DNA from: an uncultured Chryseobacterium sp.
Lineage (GTDB): Bacteria; Bacteroidota; Bacteroidia; Flavobacteriales_F; PHOS-HE28
Assembly: GCA_964464935.1 (NCBI GenBank)
Contig: CAYXKE010000002.1
Location: 42,953 to 106,805, forward strand
Direction of reading: 5' to 3'
Length of the DNA stretch: 63,853 bases
The notes beneath the pieces are model-generated. The model saw only the letters and a program-made list of their open reading frames with translations, had not been told where the DNA came from and made no database searches. Shown here piece by piece: positions 1 through 9,467 of the stretch; position 1 is the stretch's first letter, and each line of letters opens with the position of its first letter. Both the position numbers and the translations under genes were made by a program.

Positions 1-332
1 TCGGCCTCGCCGGTGGGACGCAGCACGCGGTCGCCCTTCTTGTTGGTGGTGATCATCACCGTGTACTCCTTGCCCAGGGGGAAATAGCCCGGCTTGCGCA
101 GGGGCGGGATGGCCGCGTCCTCAAAGCGGACGATCACCACCGGGGTCTCGGTGCGGATGCCGGTGGCCACCACACGGCTGGCGGGTTCGGCGTTCTTCAC
201 GTCACCGTCCACCAGCAGGGTGAAGCGGGCACCATCATCGGTGAAGAAAACGAGATCGGCCGTCTGGGCCTGCGTCATTTGCGCGAGGCAGAACAGCGCA
301 ACGGTCATGGGGTACAGGGAGAGTCGTTGCAT
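1..332 (-). CDS. secreted hypothetical protein, N-terminal part only (gene runs off the left edge)
   Basis: Reverse-strand ATG at 332-330 is followed by MQRLSLYPMTVALFCLAQMTQAQ, which looks like a signal peptide. The frame stays open to position 1. It is absent from the ORF track because no stop lies in the window. No family recognised with certainty. Confidence 0.5.
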   Translation of the reverse strand, partial: MQRLSLYPMTVALFCLAQMTQAQTADLVFFTDDGARFTLLVDGDVKNAEPASRVVATGIRTETPVVIVRFEDAAIPPLRKPGYFPLGKEYTVMITTNKKGDRVLRPTGEA

Positions 333-480
333 GGCAGGTAGGGATGGTTGGCGAAGTTAGATCTTGCTTCCAGCCGCCGTGGACAAGCGATGTGCCAAAC
401 CCCGTAAAGCCGTGTGGGGCGGCAATTTCCGTGAGATGCGGCCCGGAGTTCGGAACTTCGCGCCCTGCAACGTCCCCTCC

Positions 481-1812
481 ATGCGCACGATCCTCATCCT
501 GGGCGCGGGCCGATCGGCCTCGGCGCTCGTCAGGTACCTGGTGGAACACGCCCGCGAGCAGCAATGGCGCATCACCGTGGCCGACCAACGCACCGGTCCG
601 GCCGAGGCGCTGATCGGCGATGGCCATGAGGTGGCCCGCGCGCTCGTGCTCGATGCCACCGATGCCGAGGCCCGCGCCGCCGCCATCGCCCGGCACGACC
701 TGGTGATCAGCATGCTGCCCGCCTTCATGCACATGGACGTGCTCCGTGACTGCCTGCGGTTGCGCAAGCAGGTGATCACCCCCAGTTACGTGCCCGACGC
801 GCTGTGGGCCATGGACGCCGATTTCAAGGCCGCCGGCCTCACGGTGCTCAATGAGATGGGCCTCGATCCGGGGATCGACCACATGAGCGCCATGCGCATC
901 ATCGACCGCGTGCACGCACAAGGCGGCACCATCGAGGCCTTCGAGAGCTATTGCGGCGGCCTGGTGGCGCCCGAGAGCGACGACAACCTGTGGGGCTACA
1001 AGTTCAGCTGGAACCCGCGCAACGTGATCTTGGCCGGTCAGGGCGGCGCCGCGCGCTACATCGCCGACGGCACCGTGCGCTACGTGCCCTACCACCGCCT
1101 GTTCCGCACCATCACCTCGGTGCAGGTGCCGGAGCTCGGCCGCTTCGAGGGCTATGCCAATCGCGATTCCCTGAAATACCGGGCGCACTACGGGCTCAAT
1201 GCCATCCCCACGCTGCGCCGCGGCACCCTGCGCAAGGCCGGCTATTGCACGGGCTGGGACGTGTTCGTGCAACTGGGCTGCACCGACGACAGCTACATCA
1301 TGGAGCTGCCCGCGAACCCCACCTGGCGCGACTATGTGCAGGCCTTCCTGCCCGGTGAGGGCCCCGATCCGCGCACCGAGCTGGCCCGTGTCCTGGGCCT
1401 GGACCCGAAAGGGGAGGTGATGGCCATGCTCGATGAGCTGCGCATCTTCTCCGATGAGCCCATCGGCCGCACGGGGCTTTCTCCCGCCGCCCTGCTGCAG
1501 CACCTGTTGGAGCAGCGCTGGGTGCTGGGGCCCGAGGACAAGGACCTGGTGGTGATGTGGCACCGCTTCCGGTACGCCGTGCAGGGCCGCACCACCGAGC
1601 TGCATGCCACGCTGGCCGTGGTGGGCCAGGACACCACCTACACCGCCATGGCCCGCACGGTGGGCCTGCCCATGGCCATGGGCGCCAAGCTCCTGCTCAA
1701 CGGAGGCATCACCGAGCGCGGCGTGCTGCTGCCGCTGAAGCCGGCCATCTACGATCCCATCCTCGACGAGCTCGCCACGCTGGGGATCGGCTTCGACGAG
1801 CGCGAGGTTTAG
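481..1812 (+). CDS. saccharopine dehydrogenase family protein
   Basis: The internal Met of ORF 364..1812 gives MRTILILGAGRSASALVRYLV, a Rossmann GxGxxA motif. Length of about 443 aa and the overall sequence are typical of bacterial saccharopine dehydrogenase-like proteins. Confidence 0.8.
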   Translation: MRTILILGAGRSASALVRYLVEHAREQQWRITVADQRTGPAEALIGDGHEVARALVLDATDAEARAAAIARHDLVISMLPAFMHMDVLRDCLRLRKQVITPSYVPDALWAMDADFKAAGLTVLNEMGLDPGIDHMSAMRIIDRVHAQGGTIEAFESYCGGLVAPESDDNLWGYKFSWNPRNVILAGQGGAARYIADGTVRYVPYHRLFRTITSVQVPELGRFEGYANRDSLKYRAHYGLNAIPTLRRGTLRKAGYCTGWDVFVQLGCTDDSYIMELPANPTWRDYVQAFLPGEGPDPRTELARVLGLDPKGEVMAMLDELRIFSDEPIGRTGLSPAALLQHLLEQRWVLGPEDKDLVVMWHRFRYAVQGRTTELHATLAVVGQDTTYTAMARTVGLPMAMGAKLLLNGGITERGVLLPLKPAIYDPILDELATLGIGFDEREV

Positions 1813-2555
1813 CCTCCGCGCAGCACTTCCTCCAGGAAGAGGAGGGTGTGCGCCCATGCCCGCCTGGCCATGCGCTCGTTGTACTCCTTCGACGCGGGGT
1901 TGGTGAAGGTGTGGCCGCAATGCGCGTAAGTGATCATCTGCCAATCGGCCTTGGCCGCGTTCAGCTCTTCGGTGATGCTCGCCAGATCGGCCGGGCTCAC
2001 CGAGGCATCGGCCTCCGGATGCAGGATCAACACGCTGGTGCCGATGGGGCCGTTGGGCCGGTCGCCTTTGCCCAATCCGCCGTGGATACAGACCGCACCC
2101 TTCACGGGCAGCTGCCCCCGCGCGGCCTCCAGCGCGCCCGTGCCGCCGAAGCAATAGCCGATCACCGCGATGCGGTCCGGATCGGCACCCAGTTCTTTGA
2201 GCTGCTCCAGCGCCAGGGCGATGCGGTGCTGGTACGCCGCGTACGCGGTCTTGTAGTGCGTGGCGGCCTGCCGCGCACTGTTGAAGTCCGTGGGCACGTT
2301 GCCCTCGCCGTAGATGTCGGCGATGAAGGCGATGTAGCCAAGCTGGGCCAGCTCCTTCGCCGCGGTGCGGGCCTCGTCATCGATCCCCATCCACGCGGGC
2401 AGGATGAGCACGCCGGGCCGCCGGGCACCGCTGTGGTCCGTCACCAGCCCGTGGAGCTTCTGCGGGCCATCGGCATAGGCGTGGGGACGCAACTCCTGGG
2501 CTTGGGCCCACGTGGCGCCCAGCAGGAGGAACAGGGAGGGGATCAAGGAGCGCAT
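1809..2555 (-). CDS. dienelactone hydrolase family protein (secreted)
   Basis: The 248-aa ORF has a signal peptide, MRSLIPSLFLLLGATWAQAQ. It carries the alpha/beta-hydrolase nucleophile elbow GYCFGG and a C-terminal HCGH region typical of DLH-family proteins. Confidence 0.8.
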   Translation of the reverse strand: MRSLIPSLFLLLGATWAQAQELRPHAYADGPQKLHGLVTDHSGARRPGVLILPAWMGIDDEARTAAKELAQLGYIAFIADIYGEGNVPTDFNSARQAATHYKTAYAAYQHRIALALEQLKELGADPDRIAVIGYCFGGTGALEAARGQLPVKGAVCIHGGLGKGDRPNGPIGTSVLILHPEADASVSPADLASITEELNAAKADWQMITYAHCGHTFTNPASKEYNERMARRAWAHTLLFLEEVLRGG

Positions 2556-2745
2556 GGAACAAAGATGCGAAGGTGTCCTCCGGCGTGGTCACGGAGCGCC
2601 TTGATGTCGTAGTCCTCAGGCATCAGCGGCTTTCCCGCCTTGGTGCTTTGGATGACCACTTCGAATGTTGCCGTCCGTTCCACGTTCCAATAGTAGCCCT
2701 ATGCCTTGTTACTGATCGGCTTGTCTGGACCACAGTGCTCCGCCA

Positions 2746-5409
2746 TCACCCCACCAACTCCTTGTTCCGGTTCGGGATATCGTCCTTGGTGAAGGGCACC
2801 TGATCATCCTCCTCCTTGAGCTTGAGCACGAGGGCGAGCGCATCGGGCACCACATCGCTGCAGAGCACCACGAAGGCGCCTTTGGGCGCGGTGCCGATGG
2901 CGTGGCGGATGGCCTCCTCCTCCTTCTTGATCACGGTGTACTTCTTGTTCGGGTCCACCTCCTTGATGCCTTTCTCCAGCAGGGCGATGATCTCGTCGTC
3001 GCTTTTGCCGCGCAGATTGCGGTCCTGGCGGATGATGATCTCATCGAACATCTGCGCGCTGAGGCGGCCCAGGTTGATGGTGTCCTCGTCGCGGCGGTCG
3101 CCCACGCCGGCGATGACGCCGATCTTGGGCGTGTCGGGCACCTTGGCCACGAAGCGGCCCAGGGCCTCGAAGCCGTGGGGGTTGTGGGCGTAGTCGACCA
3201 CCACTTGGAAGTGGCGGAACTGGAACAGGTTGAGGCGGCCGGGTGTCTGCGCGGGCGAGGGCACGAAGGTCATCAGCGCCTGCCGCAGCTCCTCGATCTT
3301 CACCCCCTGGGTGTAGGCGGCCAGCACGGCGGGCAGGATGTTCTGGATGTTGAACACGGCCTTGCCGCCGTAGGTGAGGGGCACGTTCACGGCTTTTTCC
3401 ACGCGCAATTTCCACTCACCCTTGCAGATGGTGATGAAGCCGTTCTCGTACACGGCACCGAGGCCGCCCAGTTTGCAGTGCTGGCGGAACACCCGATTGT
3501 TCTCGTCCAGACTGAACAGGGCGATCTTGCAGTGGCACTGCTTGCGCATGGCCATCACCAGCTCGTCGTCGGCGTTGAGGATGGCATAGCCGTCCTGCCG
3601 CACGCTGCGGGGCACGGTGCTCTTCACGTGGGCCAGGTCCTCCAGGGTGTTGATGTCCTTCAACCCGAGGTGGTCGGCGGCCACGTTGGTCACCACGCCC
3701 ACATCGCAGTACTCGAACCCCAGGCCGCTGCGCAGCATGCCGCCGCGGGCCGTCTCCAGCACGGCCATGTCCACCAGCGGGTCTTTGAGCACGAACTGCG
3801 CGCTCTTCGGACCGGTGCAGTCGCCGGTCATCAGCAGGCGGTTCTGGATGTACACCCCGTCGCTGCACGTCATGCCCACCTTGTGGCCCACGCTGCGCAT
3901 GATGTGCGCGGTGAGGCGGGTGGTGGTGGTCTTGCCGTTGGTGCCGGTGATGGCGATGATGGGGATGCGGCTGGGCGTGCCCGGCGGGAAGAGCATGTCC
4001 ACCACGGGTTCGGCCACGTTGCGCCCCAGGCCACCTGTGGGCTCCAGGTGCATGCGGAAGCCCGGTGCGGCGTTCACCTCCAGCACGGCGCCACCGGTCT
4101 CGCGCAGCGGCTGCGAGATGTCGTGCGTCATGATGTCGATGCCGCAGATGTCCAGGTCCATGATCCGGCTGATGCGCTCGGCGAGGAACACATTGGCCGT
4201 GTGCACCTGTTCGGTCACGTCATCGGCCGTTCCTCCCGTGCTCAGGTTGGCCGTGGCTTTCAGGTAGACCACTTCGCCGGCGGCGGGAACGCTCTCGGGC
4301 GTCATGCCGTGGCGCGCCAGCAGGTTGATGGTGTGGTCGTCGATGTCGATGCGCGTAAGGACCTTCTCGTGGCCGTAGCCGCGGCGCGGGTCCTTGTTCA
4401 CCTCCTCCACGAGTTGGTGGATGGTGTGCACGCCATCGCCCGTAACGCAGGCGGGGGTACGCTTGGCGGCGGCCACGAAGCGGTGGTCGATCACCAGCAG
4501 GCGGTGGTCCAGACCGGTGATGAAGCGCTCCACCACCACGCTGCGGCTCACCTGCCTGGCCTTGTGCAGGGCGGCGATGGCCTCCTCGGTGGTCTTGATG
4601 CCGATGGTGGCACCGCGACCATGGTTGCCCCCGATGGGCTTGATCACGCAGGGGAAGCCCACCGCGTCCAAGGCCTCGAGCAGACCCTCTTCGGTGCGCA
4701 CCACGCGGCCCTTGGGCACGGGGATCTCATAGCTCTCCAGCAGGTCCTTGGTCTCCTCCTTGTCGCAGGCGATCTCCACCGCAATGTTGCTGGTGCGGCT
4801 GGTGATGGTGGCGCGGATGCGTTTCTGGTGCACGCCATGGCCCAGCTGCACCAGCGAGTGCTTGTTCAGGCGGATCCAGGGAATGCCGCGGGCGGCGGCC
4901 TCGTTCACGATGCTGGCGGTGCTGGGGCCCAACCGGCTCTCCTCGCGGATCTCGCGCATCCGCTGGATGTCGGTCTCCAGGTCGTAGGGTGTGCCCGCTA
5001 TGAGGGCCTCGGCGATGCGCACGGCCGCCTTGGCCGCATAAATGCCCACGGGCTCCTCGATGTAGCTGAAGACCACGTTGTACAGGCCTGTTTGCGACGT
5101 GCTGCGCGTGCGTCCGAAGCCGGTGTCCATGCCGGCCAGGGTCTGGATCTCCAGGGCGATGTGCTCCACCACGTGGCCCATCCAAGTGCCGCGCTCCACG
5201 CGGGAGAAGAAGCCGCCGGGCTTGCCCTCGCTGCACCGGTGGGAGTAAAGGCTGGGGAGCAGCTCACGGAGGCGCTCCAGGAAGCCGGGGATGGTGTTGG
5301 TGGGTCGCTGCTCCAGCTCCTCGATGTCGAGGCGCATGACGATGAGCTTGTGGCGTTTCACGGACCAGTGGTTCGGCCCGCGCATGGCGGTGATGTCGAT
5401 GATGCGCAT
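2746..5409 (-). CDS. cphA: cyanophycin synthetase (CphA1 type, about 887 aa)
   Basis: Start taken at MRIIDITAMRGPNHWS, the canonical CphA N-terminus (aa 29 of the listed ORF). The ATP-grasp region is followed by a Mur-ligase-like region with P-loop GTNGKTTT. Full length indicates CphA1 rather than the short CphA2. Confidence 0.93.
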   Translation of the reverse strand: MRIIDITAMRGPNHWSVKRHKLIVMRLDIEELEQRPTNTIPGFLERLRELLPSLYSHRCSEGKPGGFFSRVERGTWMGHVVEHIALEIQTLAGMDTGFGRTRSTSQTGLYNVVFSYIEEPVGIYAAKAAVRIAEALIAGTPYDLETDIQRMREIREESRLGPSTASIVNEAAARGIPWIRLNKHSLVQLGHGVHQKRIRATITSRTSNIAVEIACDKEETKDLLESYEIPVPKGRVVRTEEGLLEALDAVGFPCVIKPIGGNHGRGATIGIKTTEEAIAALHKARQVSRSVVVERFITGLDHRLLVIDHRFVAAAKRTPACVTGDGVHTIHQLVEEVNKDPRRGYGHEKVLTRIDIDDHTINLLARHGMTPESVPAAGEVVYLKATANLSTGGTADDVTEQVHTANVFLAERISRIMDLDICGIDIMTHDISQPLRETGGAVLEVNAAPGFRMHLEPTGGLGRNVAEPVVDMLFPPGTPSRIPIIAITGTNGKTTTTRLTAHIMRSVGHKVGMTCSDGVYIQNRLLMTGDCTGPKSAQFVLKDPLVDMAVLETARGGMLRSGLGFEYCDVGVVTNVAADHLGLKDINTLEDLAHVKSTVPRSVRQDGYAILNADDELVMAMRKQCHCKIALFSLDENNRVFRQHCKLGGLGAVYENGFITICKGEWKLRVEKAVNVPLTYGGKAVFNIQNILPAVLAAYTQGVKIEELRQALMTFVPSPAQTPGRLNLFQFRHFQVVVDYAHNPHGFEALGRFVAKVPDTPKIGVIAGVGDRRDEDTINLGRLSAQMFDEIIIRQDRNLRGKSDDEIIALLEKGIKEVDPNKKYTVIKKEEEAIRHAIGTAPKGAFVVLCSDVVPDALALVLKLKEEDDQVPFTKDDIPNRNKELVG

Positions 5410-5603
5410 GGTGGTAGGAAGGGGCCTGCCGCCCGGAACACGGGGCTGAGGGCAAGGCGCCGGGAAGGTAGGTGACAATGGATCGTTCATCAAAACCGGT
5501 GAGCGCGCCTTTCACGTGGGGCCGACCCGGTACTTTTGCGCCCCGGAACGGTATTGCGGGCGTGCCTGCGGCCGTCGAATGGGGGCGGGGGAAACACTTC
5601 AAC

Positions 5604-6470
5604 ATGGTACCAAAAGGCAAGTTGATCGCCATCGGCGGCAACGAGGACAAAGGCGGGCAGCCCGAGGGCGGGCACCGCGACCACATCTACCGCAACGACT
5701 TCATCGAGAGCGGCATCCTGCGTCGGGTGGTGGACGCGAACGGCGGCCCCAATGAGAGCATCGCGCTGATCACCAGCGCCAGCAGCATCCCCGACGAGGT
5801 GGCCAAGAACTACATCGAGGCCTTCGGCAAGCTGGGCGTGCAGCAGGTGGACCACCTCCGCATCCGCGACCGCAAGGATGTGACCCCCGACATGGTGAAG
5901 CGCCTGGAGCAGGCCAGCGGGGTGATGATCAGTGGCGGCAACCAGCTCCGCCTCACCACCATCTTCGGAGGCACCGAGTTCCTGGAGGTGATGAAGCGTC
6001 GGTACCGTGAGGAGACCGACTTCGTGATCGCCGGCACCAGCGCCGGTGCCATGTGCATGAGCAGCACCATGATCTATCAAGGCCACAGCAGCTCCGGTCT
6101 GTTCAAGGGCGCTGTGAAGATGACCACCGGACTGGGCTTGGTGGACGATGTGATCATCGACTCCCACTTCGTGGCCCGGGGCCGCTTCAGCCGCCTCACA
6201 CAGGCGGTGGCCGGCAACCCCAACAGCCTGGGCATCGGACTGGGCGAGGACACCGGCGTGGTGATCACCGGTGGTGAGCACCTGGAGATCATTGGCAGTG
6301 GCCACGTGATGATCTTCGACGGGCACGACATCTCCTACAGCGACCTGGCCGATGTGGAGGAGGGCGAGCCCTTCAGCATCGAAGGCATGAAGGTGCACAT
6401 CCTTGCCCAGGGCCACTGCTTCGGCCTGAAGGAGAAGGTGCTTTCCACCCTGCGCCCGGTCCAGAAATAG
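5604..6470 (+). CDS. cphB: cyanophycinase (peptidase S51)
   Basis: Start at MVPKGKLIAIGGNEDKG. The S51 nucleophile motif GTSAGA is present. The gene is divergent from cphA. Confidence 0.9.
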   Translation: MVPKGKLIAIGGNEDKGGQPEGGHRDHIYRNDFIESGILRRVVDANGGPNESIALITSASSIPDEVAKNYIEAFGKLGVQQVDHLRIRDRKDVTPDMVKRLEQASGVMISGGNQLRLTTIFGGTEFLEVMKRRYREETDFVIAGTSAGAMCMSSTMIYQGHSSSGLFKGAVKMTTGLGLVDDVIIDSHFVARGRFSRLTQAVAGNPNSLGIGLGEDTGVVITGGEHLEIIGSGHVMIFDGHDISYSDLADVEEGEPFSIEGMKVHILAQGHCFGLKEKVLSTLRPVQK

Positions 6471-6742
6471 CGCCCGACCGGTCCTGCCGGTCCCGTGCCA
6501 CCGCGCCGGGGCCGACCATGACCTCCCACGGATCCGCTTGGCCGTCTTGGACATCAGGGCCTTACAGGCCATTGAATGGCGCATGAGGCGACCACTTGGA
6601 CCGATCCCAACGGACGGACCGATCGCGACCAGGGACCTGTATATTCGTAAGGTCCCCGGTCGGGAGATGTGACCCCGCAACGATGCGCCGTCCAAACGCC
6701 GAACCGTGAACAACGGTGATCTCTCCTGTCATACCAAAACCC

Positions 6743-8113
6743 ATGAACATGAACGTACGCTACCATTCCCTGTTGCTCGCCGCTGCGCTGGCCCATGTGG
6801 CCACCGCACAGGAACCGGGCCCGAACCTGGTCGCCAACGGTGACTTTGAGAACCTGCAGGGCGCTGTGACCAGCTGGGGTCAACTGAGCAAGGCCGGTGG
6901 CTGGTCGAACGCCAACGCGGGCTCCGTGGACATCTTCAGCGCCGATGCCTCGAAGAAGAACGTGGGCATCCCCGACAACCACCTGGGCAACTCCACGCCC
7001 TTCGCCGGCAACCACTACGCCGGTTTCGTGGCCTGGCACGACGACGCCCGCCCGAACGTGAAGTACCTGTGGAACAAGCGCACCGAGACCGCCACCCGTC
7101 CCGCTTGGAACCAATACAGCGAGTACCTGCAGATCGCCCTGGACGGTGGCCTCACCGCCGGTCAGAAGTACGTGGTGAGCTTCCGCGTGAAGCTGGCCGA
7201 CCAAAGCGACCGGGCCGTGAGCGGCATCGGCGCCTATCTCTCGCCCACGGAGCTGGCTTACAACCACCGCCGCTTCCTCGATGTGAAGCCCCAGGTGGCC
7301 TCCACCGAAGTGGTGACCGACCGCAAGGAGTGGACCGAGGTCACGGGTGTGTTCACCGCCGCTGGCGATGAAAAGTTCCTGGTGATCGGTGCCTTCCCGC
7401 TGGCAGGTATGGAGAAGCAGAGCGTGGTGGAAGGTGCCGACAGCCGTCGGGCCTACTACTACCTCGATGGCGTGAGCGTGCGCCTGAAGCCCGAGGATGA
7501 CCGGGACAAGGACGGCATCATCGACAAGGAGGACGCCTGCCCCGATGAGCCGGGTCCCGCCGCCACCAAGGGTTGCCCCGACAGCGATGGCGACGGTGTG
7601 GCCGACAAGGACGACAAGTGCCCGAACAAGGCCGGTTCCGCCGAAATGGAAGGCTGCCCCGACACCGACGGTGACGGTATCCCCGACCACAAGGACCGTT
7701 GCCCCGAAGTGGCCGGCATCCCCGAAATGCGTGGCTGCCCGCCCGTGAAGGAGGAGACCAAGCGCCTCTTCGAAAAAGCCCTCACCGGCATCCAGTTCGA
7801 GACCGGCAGCGCCAAGATCAAGTCCAGCAGCTACTCGATCCTGAACGACGTGGTGAAGGTGATGCAGGAGAACCCCGAGTACAACCTGGACATCCACGGC
7901 CACACGGACAATACCGGCAAGGCCGACAAGAACCTGCAACTGAGCAAGGACCGCGCGGCATCCGTGCGGGAGTACCTGGTGAGCAAAGGCGTTGACGGCA
8001 GCCGTCTGCGCAGCGAAGGCTTCGGTCAGGACCGCCCCGTGGCGGACAACAGCACCGCCGCTGGCCGCGCCAAGAACCGCCGCGTGGAGTTCAAGGTGAC
8101 CTTCTTCGAATAA
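6743..8113 (+). CDS. OmpA family outer-membrane protein with thrombospondin type-3 repeats
   Basis: Signal peptide MNMNVRYHSLLLAAALAHVATAQ. Three TSP3-like acidic Ca-binding repeats are present (DRDKDGIIDKEDACP, DSDGDGVADKDDKCP, DTDGDGIPDHKDRCP). The C-terminal OmpA_C-like domain reads GHTDNTGKADKNLQLSKDRAASVREYL...NRRVEF. Confidence 0.9.
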   Translation: MNMNVRYHSLLLAAALAHVATAQEPGPNLVANGDFENLQGAVTSWGQLSKAGGWSNANAGSVDIFSADASKKNVGIPDNHLGNSTPFAGNHYAGFVAWHDDARPNVKYLWNKRTETATRPAWNQYSEYLQIALDGGLTAGQKYVVSFRVKLADQSDRAVSGIGAYLSPTELAYNHRRFLDVKPQVASTEVVTDRKEWTEVTGVFTAAGDEKFLVIGAFPLAGMEKQSVVEGADSRRAYYYLDGVSVRLKPEDDRDKDGIIDKEDACPDEPGPAATKGCPDSDGDGVADKDDKCPNKAGSAEMEGCPDTDGDGIPDHKDRCPEVAGIPEMRGCPPVKEETKRLFEKALTGIQFETGSAKIKSSSYSILNDVVKVMQENPEYNLDIHGHTDNTGKADKNLQLSKDRAASVREYLVSKGVDGSRLRSEGFGQDRPVADNSTAAGRAKNRRVEFKVTFFE

Positions 8114-8138
8114 GGTCGCATCCCCACGCACCGCATGG

Positions 8139-8169
8139 AAAGCCCGCCCGGATCCCCCGGGCGGGCTTT
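8139..8169 (+). terminator. GC-rich hairpin downstream of the OmpA/TSP3 gene
   Basis: aaagcccgcccgg-atcc-cccgggcgggcttt forms a 13-bp stem starting 26 nt after the stop. The following T run (tttc) is weak. Confidence 0.5.
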
Positions 8170-8216
8170 CGCTTTCCCTGCATCGCACCTCAACAATGCC
8201 GGGTAACTTCGCGGCC

Positions 8217-8516
8217 ATGAACGAGAGCCCCATCATCACCCGGTTCCGCACCGTAGCCCGTGCCGAGGGGGTGAGCTACCTCATCCTGTTGCTCGTGGCC
8301 ATGCCCTTGAAATACCTGGCGGACCTGCCCATGGCGGTGACCGTGGTGGGGTGGGCCCACGGCGTGCTGTTCGTGTGGTACTGGGTGCAGGCCCTCCCGC
8401 TCTTCACCAAGTTGAAGTGGGACATCTCGCGCATCATCGGCCTGGGCGCCGCCTCGCTTCTGCCCTTCGGCACCTTCGTCATGGAGGCGCGCTGGCTGCG
8501 GCGTACGGCCCAGTGA
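8217..8516 (+). CDS. DUF3817 domain-containing membrane protein
   Basis: MNESPIITRFRTVARAEGVSYLILLLVAMPLKYLADLP matches the conserved EG-S-L...MPLKY signature of DUF3817. The alternative upstream ATG at 8196 cannot be excluded. Confidence 0.75.
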   Translation: MNESPIITRFRTVARAEGVSYLILLLVAMPLKYLADLPMAVTVVGWAHGVLFVWYWVQALPLFTKLKWDISRIIGLGAASLLPFGTFVMEARWLRRTAQ

Positions 8517-8543
8517 GGAAACTTCGCCCGACACGGCGCTGAT

Positions 8544-8570
8544 GTGGGGCGCGTTCCCCACGCAGCCTTT
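8544..8570 (+). terminator. hairpin plus T run after the DUF3817 gene
   Basis: gtgggg-cgcgtt-ccccac is followed by gcagccTTTT about 28 nt after the stop. Confidence 0.4.
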
Positions 8571-8691
8571 TCTGGTGCAATTCGGAGATCCGCGTCCAGC
8601 AAGGGTTCTGTGGATCCGCGCGGCCGGCACTTATCTTGGTACTCGGCCTTGCGGGATGGCAATTCCGCCACCCGGAAAAACTCGGATCGAC

Positions 8692-9063
8692 ATGAACGAT
8701 GGAACGACCAAAGGCCTGCTCGGCTTCGTGCTGGGGGCCGCCCTGGGTGCCGCTGCCGGCATCCTGCTCGCGCCCGCCTCGGGCCAGGAAACCCGCCGCC
8801 GCATCGCCCGCAAGGTGCAGGATACGCAGGAGGACCTTGATGAGCTGATCGAACGCGGTCGCGCGGAGTGGAGCAAGGCCAAGGGACGCGCCGCCGATGC
8901 CGCCCAGATGACCAAGGAAGAGGTCTCTGACTTCATCCGCTTCCTCTTCGACGAGGGCAAGGACCTGCGCAGCCGACTGCACGAAGAAGTGGCCGAAACC
9001 AAGGACGAAGTGGCGGACCAGGCCCGTAAGGCCGCCAACAAAGTGCGCCACAACGTCAACTGA
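8692..9063 (+). CDS. YtxH domain-containing protein
   Basis: MNDGTTKGLLGFVLGAALGAAAGILLAPASGQETRRRI is the characteristic YtxH N-terminal helix. It is followed by a charged coiled region. The internal start of ORF 8542..9063 was used. Confidence 0.85.
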   Translation: MNDGTTKGLLGFVLGAALGAAAGILLAPASGQETRRRIARKVQDTQEDLDELIERGRAEWSKAKGRAADAAQMTKEEVSDFIRFLFDEGKDLRSRLHEEVAETKDEVADQARKAANKVRHNVN

Positions 9064-9071
9064 CCCACACC

Positions 9072-9467
9072 ATGGCAGGGACCGACGAGCGGTATGAACG
9101 CTACATCAAGGAGGGAGAGAAGGACCCGGACATCGGTGTCTTTATCGATGCCTTGGTGGAGGATGGCAAGGGATGGCTGGACGCACAACGCGATCTGGTT
9201 GTCTTGGAGGCTTCCGAGAAGATCGGACGCGCTTCGGGCACCCTCGCCATCCTGCTCGTCTCGGCCCTGCTGGGGGCGGGCATCCTGGTCATGGCCAGCA
9301 TCGCTTTGGCCATCTGGCTGGGCCGTGTATTCAATGACCTGGCTTTGGGTTTCCTCGCGGTGGCCGGCATCTACCTGCTGATCATCGGTATCTTCATGTT
9401 GGCGCAGCAGGGCCTACGCGACCGCATCACTCTGGCAATCATCAACGCGATCCATGAAAAGGACTGA
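9072..9467 (+). CDS. holin-X-like (phage holin family 3_6) small membrane protein
   Basis: The 131-aa protein has two long hydrophobic helices after a charged N-terminus. This is the architecture and position usually found directly after YtxH genes. Confidence 0.65.
   Translation: MAGTDERYERYIKEGEKDPDIGVFIDALVEDGKGWLDAQRDLVVLEASEKIGRASGTLAILLVSALLGAGILVMASIALAIWLGRVFNDLALGFLAVAGIYLLIIGIFMLAQQGLRDRITLAIINAIHEKD

Noticed and set aside
1809-1812. Convergent stop codons sharing bases: TTAG at 1809-1812, and the TGATCA palindrome at 34759-34764.
   Set aside because: They are real in the sequence but are a trivial consequence of tight gene packing. No functional inference is justified.
235-2154. 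Very long ORFs antisense or out of frame to recognisable genes. Examples: 235..2154-, 2902..5475+, 6554..8251-, 14026..17094+, 22369..25368+, 38107..39849+, 41515..43713+, 50643..52259-, 53509..55290-, 56937..58799-.
   Set aside because: Their translations are dominated by Arg/Ala/Gly/His/Pro runs with no domain-like blocks. Each overlaps a gene on the other strand or frame that has clear family motifs. This is the expected stop-codon scarcity of GC-rich DNA.
6590-6670. A direct repeat of ggaccgatc and a 7-bp-stem hairpin (gggacct...aggtccc) with a tatattcg box upstream of the OmpA/TSP3 gene.
   Set aside because: The repeats are short and could arise by chance. Without comparative data I cannot separate promoter, terminator and noise.
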